From contig JAISAQ010000056.1 in the NCBI GenBank assembly GCA_031266775.1, forward strand, positions 34,655 through 98,654: a DNA stretch of 64,000 nt. Reading direction: 5' to 3'. The notes under the pieces are model-generated. The model was not told the DNA's origin. It made no database searches and saw only the letters and a list, made by a program, of their open reading frames with translations. The translations under genes were made by a program, and so were the position numbers. This DNA is from Treponema sp. Lineage in GTDB: Bacteria > Spirochaetota > Spirochaetia > Treponematales > Breznakiellaceae. Of the stretch, positions 55,480-62,458 are shown one piece after another (position 1 is the first letter of the stretch; each line of letters begins with the position of its first letter).

Positions 55480-58400
55480 TTACTGTTCAAAGGCGCCTAT
55501 ATCAAGACCGCCCGGCCTTGTTTTGTTCATGGGCCCCTCATTACCGCCGTTATCGCGGAGATCGCCCACATTGTAGCTGTTGTCAAAGCGCAGAAACTGC
55601 CCGATCTCCCGGTAATTGACAAGGGGTATGCCGCTTATATAGACGGGTACAGGCATGACAAGCCAGTCCGGGCTTCCGGCGCCTCCCATTCCCGGCTTCC
55701 AGTCGGCAAGGAAAAGCTGGCCCAGGACGGCTGACGTGCCCGCGGGATACAGGGCGGAATTTCCCGCGTTTACAAGGGGGCTTCCGCCGCCGGGTTTGAA
55801 GGCGGACGTAAGGGCGGGATTAAGGAGGCCCGAAAGAGTGTGGCTGGATGGATCCGCCGGCAAATTGTGTACAAGGGAATACTCGATGACCTGGCGGTCG
55901 GGAGTCGGGTTAAAATCGGCGGCGTAGGAAGGGTTTGAACCAACACCCCAGGAGACGCTGGAATAATTGTTATACGAGGAGTTCCCGTACAGGACGGAAT
56001 TCCGTATGCGCATGTACACGGGGAAGCTGCGTTTGGCAAAATCACTTTCGCCGCTTTCGTCTTCCACCGCCGTGTTACCTTGAAACCTTGTGTCCTTCCA
56101 CGTATAAACGGCCGCCCCTTTTTGCGCGGCCCCGCCGTTGTTCACGGCGGTAACGTTGTTCAGGGTAAGCCGTATGCCCCTTCCCGAATACCGGTAGTAG
56201 CGGTTAAAAACAGCCGCCCCCGGACGGTTCAGATCCCCCACGGGACCGGTGTTGCCCGTGATCTGCACGTTGGTAAGGATCACGTTAAGGGAACCCTGCG
56301 CAATGCCGTAGTCGGGCACGCCCTCAAAGTCGTTGTATATACCGCCCCCGCTGTTTCCCGCTATGGTCACGTTGGACAGCATGGCGCTGGCATTGCCGCC
56401 GTTCGCGCAGAAATTATAGAGGCCCCCGGCGTCTCCCGGTACAGGGCTTCCGTTGACGCGGTTGTTGTTTCTGATGATGACGTTGGCAAGGGAAAGGACG
56501 TTCGTGTTGGTTATGCCCGCCCCCGTATCCGCGCTGTTACCCTCTATGGTCACACTGGCAAGCAGCGCCGTACCGGCGTTGTAAAGGCCGCCGCCTGAGG
56601 GGTTGCCTGATTGCCGTATGTTTCCCGTGATCTTCGCGTTGGTCATATGAAGGGTTCCGGCGTTGTATATCCCTATGCCGCTGCCCCCTTTGGACTCGTT
56701 TTTCCTTACGGTAAGGTTGTCGAACACCGAAACGGTACCGGCGGCGTTGGCGTTGTAAATGCCCGAACCGTTATTCAGGGTCCAGTTGTCCTCGACAAGG
56801 ACCCTGCTGAAGATGGTACGGCCCCCCGCCGTGTAGACTCCCCCGCCGCTCAGGGCCGAATTGGAGATAAAGTCCGTGCCCCGCACCTCAGGCTCGCAGT
56901 TGGACCCCGCGATGAACATGCCGCCGCCCTGGTTTACCGACCTGTTTTCCTCAAAACGGCTGTTGTTGATAGCAAGGTCAAAACGCCCGCCGCCGGCCTG
57001 GTTGTACATGCCGCCCCCCTGGTTCAGGGACGTGTTGCTGTAAAAGTACACGTGATCCAGTTGGGATCGCCTGCCCTCCGAGTACACGTACATGCCCCCG
57101 CCCAGCGTGGTCTTGTTGTGCTGTATGAGCAGGTTGGAAAGCGCCATTTCGCTGTTGGAAACATGCATGCCGCCGCCTGACCACCGGGAAACGGATCTGC
57201 CGTTAACGCCAATAGAGCTGTCCGACTGGGGACCCATGGCCCCCGATATGGTAAGCGTGTCCATTGCCGCCCTTACCCCCGAGGCTATTACCACATGGTG
57301 GGCTATGCCCGCCCCGCTAAGGACGGTCTTGCGGGCGGCCTGATAGACAACATTTTCCTTTCCTGAACCCGTGTCCACATAGGGTGAAAGGAAACGGTCG
57401 TCCGGATCGTCGTGATCTTCCTCAAAGCCGCCGCGTACGGGGGGAAGGTTGTCCCGTATGATAAAGGCGATGTCCTGTCTGCCCGCGATGCCGGAAAGGG
57501 GAACGCCCGGGACAGTATAGGAAGAGGCGGAAGGGGACGTAAAAACAGTTCCCGTCTCGTTGGCGACCGGAACGGCGTAGTCCGCGGGATCTGGTATCTC
57601 GCAGGTTCCCTTGAGTATCCAGATTTCGGCAAAGAGGCCGTTCGTATAGCTGTTGATCACCGCCTGAAGATCGTTGCTTGCCGTTCCCCAGCTTGTGGCG
57701 GTATCCTGGCCGGGCCCCGATCTATAGCCTCCGCCCCGTTTGGCCGCCGAGGCGACATAGGCTATCCTGTCCTTTGCCCCGACGGTTTCAACATAGTCAA
57801 CCTCGAACTGGACGTTTTGATCGGGCATGTAGAATTCATAGACGCGCCGCTTGATCTGGTTAGGCTTGGCCCCGCCGCTTTCGGAGATGAGCCTTACGTC
57901 CGCGTTCTGGCCTATATAGGCCCCTATGGTCATGCCCGCCGCCGTAAGCCGCACGCCGCTTGTATAGCCGCTGTCGTTCCGGGTGTTTTTAATGTAGTAG
58001 CCAAGATCCGCCTCGACAATAAAACGTATCCTTTCGCCGGGAAGGGCCTGCGGGGCGTTGACGTTGGTATTGGAGCCGAACACAGACTGCAGTACGCCGT
58101 GTTCGACGGTGTTAAGCAGAATAATGTCGTTGAGGTTCTTGCTGAGAATGCTGACCACGTAAGTCTGTGCCTTCCAGTCGGGAAGATCGCTTACCACGAT
58201 ACGCACCTGCGTGCTGCGCCCCCGCAGTTCCACGTTTATCCAGGGCGATTCGTTTCCCCACATTCCCCAGGAAGGATCATTGGAAGCAACGTTGTCGCCG
58301 TTCCTCCAGACGCCCCCTTCGCTCTGCTTTCCCCCGGAAAGATGCCAGACGGACGTTCCATCCGGCGTGATGATTGTTATGGTCCTCTGGGCGGTTCCCT

Positions 58401-60087
58401 CAAGGGCGTTGCCCAGATAGGGATGACTAGGGGGAGAATCGGGAATGAGTTCAAGGTTGTTAAGAACGAGGTACGCGCTGGTGTAGCCCGCCTCGGAAGT
58501 AACGTCGTAATTTGCCCGTTCAATCTCAAAGGAGGCCGGGTTTATCTTGTTAACGTCACGGCTCGTTACGCCCGATTCGGTTTTCCAGGGGTACACCTCA
58601 ATACCCGCGTGAACGCCTGCCCATGCGCCCGCCAGTGTGGCAAGCGGTTTCTGCCGCTGTATCGTTACGCGGTAGGTCCTTTCAAGGTAGGAGCCCTCGA
58701 CGGCCCTGACAATGATCACCACTTCCATACGCTGGTACTCTATGGGGAAGGGGAATTCCGCGGAAATGCGCGGCAGATTCGCCGCCGTTATTCTTTCCGG
58801 AAGATCGGGGTTGACCGCTTCGACGTGGCCTTCGGCCGGGGGGCTTGCTATGGGAGGATCGCCTGACTGAACGGGATGTTCACTCCAGGGCGGGGGAGCT
58901 GAGGCGGTAAAGACATACCCTCCGGGGGTCTGTCCCCCGTGGCTCCCGGTAACGTAGTAACGCTTCCCCAAACCGTCGTAGTAATACGGAACGTAGGTAA
59001 TTGACTCAAGAGTGTAATGGGCGTCCGGCACGGGGGCTATGTACGCGGTAAAAGCTGTGGTGTCGGGGAAGCCCGCCTCGTAGTTGAGCGTTGTCGGCGA
59101 AAAATTGCCGCCTATGATACGGTTAACCGGGTCGGAGGGTCCCTGGCGGACGCTGAGCTTGTTGAGGTAAGCCATGCCCTGTTCCCGCTGGAGCTCTATG
59201 GTGTAGGTCTTGCTGTCAAGAGAGGCGGCGAAAGTTGTAATGAGTATCTTCGCTATTTTCCCCCTGCCGCGCGGATCGGGATCTGAAGGAATGACAAATT
59301 CACTGCTGAAGAAGGCCGGGCTGCCCGGCGCGCCGCCCTGGAAGACGTGGATGTCCCCCAGCTTGACGGTGCTTTCAGGATACCAGGAGGGCAGCGGCCC
59401 CTTGTTAAGCTGGCCTGTGTTTTTTTCCGCGTAATAACCGGGAACGGCGCTCTGCCCGTCCGCGCCTATGACATTGCCCTGCCAGTCGAGGAACTGGTAC
59501 TGTACCCGCGTTACCCGGCGTTCCTCGACTTCGGGGGAACGGAGAATAAAGCCCGCGTTGTTGGTATACGCGGGAACCTTTACCTCGTAACCGGCCCGTT
59601 CCGGCACAAAGTTGACAATGTAGTTGTTGTCCTCGTAGGAATTAAGGTCGCCCGCCGGTTCGTTTTCGCCTATGTACAGTTCAATGCCCGAAAGAAGCGC
59701 CTCGGGTTTTCCCCGGATCACATGTACGGTGTACGTCGTGCTCAAGCGGAATTCTTTGTGAACCGCGATAGTAATTGTCTTTGCCTGTTCGTCCGCGGTA
59801 AAACTGTACTGTGGATAGTAGTCCGCGACGGCGCCGGCCTCGGGAACGCCGCTTACAATAATGCTTGTCGCGCCGTAGGGAACCACGACGGTGTAACCGG
59901 TGCGGAGGCTGTTGAACACCGGATCTACGGCGTGGGAAGGCTCTTCGGACGTGATCTGATCGGAGCGTATCTCTATCTTGGTAAGGTACACGGGCCTTTC
60001 AAGATTGTGGCTGATATAGGCGTTTTTACAGGCGCACAGGAGCGCAAGCGCGGCGATTGCGCAGCACTTCTTCATGACGTTTCTCAT
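55480..60087 (-). CDS. Giant (1535 aa) surface lipoprotein: cadherin-like beta-sandwich modules plus a parallel beta-helix with a choice-of-anchor-Q-like C-terminus
   Basis: Lipobox MRNVMKKCCAIAALALLCAC. Several modules end in Y.V.V/I..-type strands (YTVHVIRG, YTIELQRE, YRVTIQRQ, YVVSILSK). About 400 aa of GGG(M/V/L/I)Y repeats follow, and the protein ends ...RPGGLDIGAFEQ. Confidence 0.75.
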   Translation of the reverse strand: MRNVMKKCCAIAALALLCACKNAYISHNLERPVYLTKIEIRSDQITSEEPSHAVDPVFNSLRTGYTVVVPYGATSIIVSGVPEAGAVADYYPQYSFTADEQAKTITIAVHKEFRLSTTYTVHVIRGKPEALLSGIELYIGENEPAGDLNSYEDNNYIVNFVPERAGYEVKVPAYTNNAGFILRSPEVEERRVTRVQYQFLDWQGNVIGADGQSAVPGYYAEKNTGQLNKGPLPSWYPESTVKLGDIHVFQGGAPGSPAFFSSEFVIPSDPDPRGRGKIAKILITTFAASLDSKTYTIELQREQGMAYLNKLSVRQGPSDPVNRIIGGNFSPTTLNYEAGFPDTTAFTAYIAPVPDAHYTLESITYVPYYYDGLGKRYYVTGSHGGQTPGGYVFTASAPPPWSEHPVQSGDPPIASPPAEGHVEAVNPDLPERITAANLPRISAEFPFPIEYQRMEVVIIVRAVEGSYLERTYRVTIQRQKPLATLAGAWAGVHAGIEVYPWKTESGVTSRDVNKINPASFEIERANYDVTSEAGYTSAYLVLNNLELIPDSPPSHPYLGNALEGTAQRTITIITPDGTSVWHLSGGKQSEGGVWRNGDNVASNDPSWGMWGNESPWINVELRGRSTQVRIVVSDLPDWKAQTYVVSILSKNLNDIILLNTVEHGVLQSVFGSNTNVNAPQALPGERIRFIVEADLGYYIKNTRNDSGYTSGVRLTAAGMTIGAYIGQNADVRLISESGGAKPNQIKRRVYEFYMPDQNVQFEVDYVETVGAKDRIAYVASAAKRGGGYRSGPGQDTATSWGTASNDLQAVINSYTNGLFAEIWILKGTCEIPDPADYAVPVANETGTVFTSPSASSYTVPGVPLSGIAGRQDIAFIIRDNLPPVRGGFEEDHDDPDDRFLSPYVDTGSGKENVVYQAARKTVLSGAGIAHHVVIASGVRAAMDTLTISGAMGPQSDSSIGVNGRSVSRWSGGGMHVSNSEMALSNLLIQHNKTTLGGGMYVYSEGRRSQLDHVYFYSNTSLNQGGGMYNQAGGGRFDLAINNSRFEENRSVNQGGGMFIAGSNCEPEVRGTDFISNSALSGGGVYTAGGRTIFSRVLVEDNWTLNNGSGIYNANAAGTVSVFDNLTVRKNESKGGSGIGIYNAGTLHMTNAKITGNIRQSGNPSGGGLYNAGTALLASVTIEGNSADTGAGITNTNVLSLANVIIRNNNRVNGSPVPGDAGGLYNFCANGGNASAMLSNVTIAGNSGGGIYNDFEGVPDYGIAQGSLNVILTNVQITGNTGPVGDLNRPGAAVFNRYYRYSGRGIRLTLNNVTAVNNGGAAQKGAAVYTWKDTRFQGNTAVEDESGESDFAKRSFPVYMRIRNSVLYGNSSYNNYSSVSWGVGSNPSYAADFNPTPDRQVIEYSLVHNLPADPSSHTLSGLLNPALTSAFKPGGGSPLVNAGNSALYPAGTSAVLGQLFLADWKPGMGGAGSPDWLVMPVPVYISGIPLVNYREIGQFLRFDNSYNVGDLRDNGGNEGPMNKTRPGGLDIGAFEQ

Positions 60088-60695
60088 TGATAGGCCCCCG
60101 CCCTGCCGCCGCCTCCGCGCGGGTTGGCGGAACCGTCGTCCCAGAAATCCCTCTGATCTCCCTTCCGCCCCCCGTTGTCAACGGAAAGGAAATCGAAATA
60201 ATCGAAGGTACGTTTGGCAAGCGGCCCGGAAGCCCCCCATCTGTAGAGAAGGCCGTCAAGAACGTTTTCCATGCTGCTCTTGCTGGAAGTTCCGCCCTTT
60301 CCCTCATAGCGCTGGAACATCTGATCAAGAAGCGCCGCCTTGCCGGCCGGATAATTGGAGGTGTTTCCGGCAAGACTGCCGTCGGTAACGCGGTACCGGC
60401 CGGCCGCGCCTGTTTTGGCAAAGGGCGCCATGCCGCTAAAAACGCCTCCCGCGTTCTTTGAGGAATCGAAAAGAGAACCGTCGCCGATGCCGGTTTTATC
60501 GGCGCCGCCGGCAAGGCTCCTGTCCCAGCTTGCGTGCCCGTCCATGGCGACATACAGAGGAGGCGCGGCGGACGTTATGACGAGGAAGTCTGTAGGATAA
60601 TACCTGTATGAAGAAGGAAGAGGCGGACTAAAGGAAACTTTGCCTGTGGAAAGAACTGTTCCCGCTGCATATTCTGTCGACTGGAATTTATACAA
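60084..60695 (-). CDS. Hypothetical 203-aa protein with no signal peptide; first gene of the surface-protein operon
   Basis: TTG start at 60695, 21 nt after the regulator's stop. The stop overlaps the giant gene's ATG (ATGA). I recognise no family. The ...PPLYVAMDGHASW... segment is vaguely like the DGH motif of pseudopilin-like proteins. Confidence 0.45.
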   Translation of the reverse strand: MYKFQSTEYAAGTVLSTGKVSFSPPLPSSYRYYPTDFLVITSAAPPLYVAMDGHASWDRSLAGGADKTGIGDGSLFDSSKNAGGVFSGMAPFAKTGAAGRYRVTDGSLAGNTSNYPAGKAALLDQMFQRYEGKGGTSSKSSMENVLDGLLYRWGASGPLAKRTFDYFDFLSVDNGGRKGDQRDFWDDGSANPRGGGGRAGAYQ

Positions 60696-60716
60696 ATTAT
60701 CATTACTTGCACGGTC

Positions 60717-62219
60717 TCAATTGGCCGTTCTTTTCAAAGTATCCCGTAAGGCCAAATAAATATACTCCAGGGCAGTTTCATAAGAAATCTTTTTCTGTAA
60801 TACTCGCCGTAGTGTATGTTGAATCGGCATCTGCCAACTGTCCATTTCCATGGACTGACCGTTGAGATATTTGTCCCATCCTGTACTATCAAACATGGCA
60901 TCCACAAAAATTCCAAGTTCCGGCTGAGTATTCTGAATTATTACATCTTTTTCATACAATTCAACAGGAGGAAATACCCCTACCCTGCGTGTATAAGGGA
61001 AAAGGATATCCATGTCGGTAAGATGCTGAATAAAAGACATGGCCAAACGGGGGTTTTTACATTTGGCAGAAATACAGAATGGTATCCGGCCGCGAAAGCT
61101 TTTACCATGTACTCTGCCCTTTGGTAATTTTACCACCCCCCAGGAATCCGCAAGCCTGTCCCGTAAAATTATGCTGAATGATGGAAGTCCTATTATCATG
61201 GAAAGACTTCCTTCCAAAAACATGGTACAGAGCTTTGAGTAATCACCTCCGGCCTCAATTGGAGGGGCTATCCTGTGCTGTAATACCAAATCACAAAGCC
61301 AGCGGAAACTTTCTGCAAAAGCAGGCTGATTTGTCATGATCTGAACTTTTCCATTCGCCTTTCCGCATATTTCTCCGCCGTTTTGCATTATCAACGGCAT
61401 AATTGTGTTCAGGGTATCACCATCGCTTGAGGTTGGATACGCATAAGCCCAGCGGGCTTTCCGTGGCAGTGTTAATCTTTTGCACAGTTCAAGGAAATCA
61501 TCATGGGTCCAGTCAGAATCAGGATACGGCAGGCGTGATTCGTCAAAATGATCCTTGCGGTAATACATGAGCCTTGTTTCGGAGAAAAAGGGATATCCAT
61601 AAAGCATGTCGTTATAAATGTATTGACAATACTCGCTGTTTCGTTCCCGGTTCTTTAAATCTTCAAGTTGTTTTTTCTCCAAAAGGGAATCAAAGGGAAG
61701 AATGACACCCATTTTCGCAAAAGAAGCAATTGCCACATTTGAAACCAGAAAAACATCAGGCACCTGGTTTTCTATAAGCGCGTTAACTACATGATAAAGG
61801 CTTTCCTGCCATGGCCCCTGCGGCATAACAAATATTTTACAGCCCCTCTTGTGTTCAAATTCATCTACCGCCTGAAACAGGTAAAAATCCATTAGAGGCG
61901 AAGCAAGAGAAACCGTAAGTCCTTCCGGTGACTCCCTGGAAAAGGACATGTTTGGCTGAGCGGCAATATTATTCTGGATATCCGGCTTGCGTACAAACGT
62001 ACCCTGAGGATGCTTTTTTTCAAGAAGGTTCATGTCAACAAGCTCTTCCACAGCCCTGCGGATGGTTGGACGGCTGACGGCAAATTCAGAACAAAGTTCC
62101 ATCTCATTTGGAATTTTGCTTCCGACAGGATAGACTCCATTCTCTATCCGTTCCTTCAAAATTACCATAACCTGATAATGAAGCGGAATGCTTAAGTCAT
62201 GATTTAACAGTTCCATCAT
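60717..62219 (-). CDS. GntR-family HTH fused to a family-1 solute-binding-protein (MalE-like) domain; cytoplasmic one-component regulator
   Basis: 500 aa. The N-terminus LHYQVMVILKERIENGVYPVGSKIPNEMELCSEFAVSRPTIRRAVEELVDMNLLEKKHPQGTFV is a GntR wHTH. The remainder shows SBP_bac_1-like landmarks (VPDVFLVSN, LYGYPFFSETRLMYYRKDHF, DWTHDDFLELCKRL, KNPRLAMSFIQHL). No signal peptide. Confidence 0.75.
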   Translation of the reverse strand: MMELLNHDLSIPLHYQVMVILKERIENGVYPVGSKIPNEMELCSEFAVSRPTIRRAVEELVDMNLLEKKHPQGTFVRKPDIQNNIAAQPNMSFSRESPEGLTVSLASPLMDFYLFQAVDEFEHKRGCKIFVMPQGPWQESLYHVVNALIENQVPDVFLVSNVAIASFAKMGVILPFDSLLEKKQLEDLKNRERNSEYCQYIYNDMLYGYPFFSETRLMYYRKDHFDESRLPYPDSDWTHDDFLELCKRLTLPRKARWAYAYPTSSDGDTLNTIMPLIMQNGGEICGKANGKVQIMTNQPAFAESFRWLCDLVLQHRIAPPIEAGGDYSKLCTMFLEGSLSMIIGLPSFSIILRDRLADSWGVVKLPKGRVHGKSFRGRIPFCISAKCKNPRLAMSFIQHLTDMDILFPYTRRVGVFPPVELYEKDVIIQNTQPELGIFVDAMFDSTGWDKYLNGQSMEMDSWQMPIQHTLRRVLQKKISYETALEYIYLALRDTLKRTAN

Positions 62220-62383
62220 TCAACCATGTTATATCAGGATACAACAATAAAATGAGACAAATATACTATATCTGTAATCATTTTATATGACATAAAACGG
62301 GAATTTCCGCCATATACACAAAATATACCAAAACCCCATGCCATGATACTATTATGAAATTGAAAGTAAAGCAATACCCCAGA

Positions 62384-62436
62384 ATCAACATACCGTGCGG
62401 CAGAGCCATGCGGTATGTTGATCTGTATGTTGATCT
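62384..62436. promoter_or_regulatory. Inverted plus tandem direct repeats of ATCAACATA / TATGTTGAT (operator or terminator candidate)
   Basis: ATCAACATACCG (62384-62395), 15 nt, CGGTATGTTGAT (62411-62422). GTATGTTGATCT then occurs twice in tandem (62413-62424 and 62425-62436). Confidence 0.45.
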
Positions 62437-62458
62437 CATTATGAATCAATTTTGGCCG

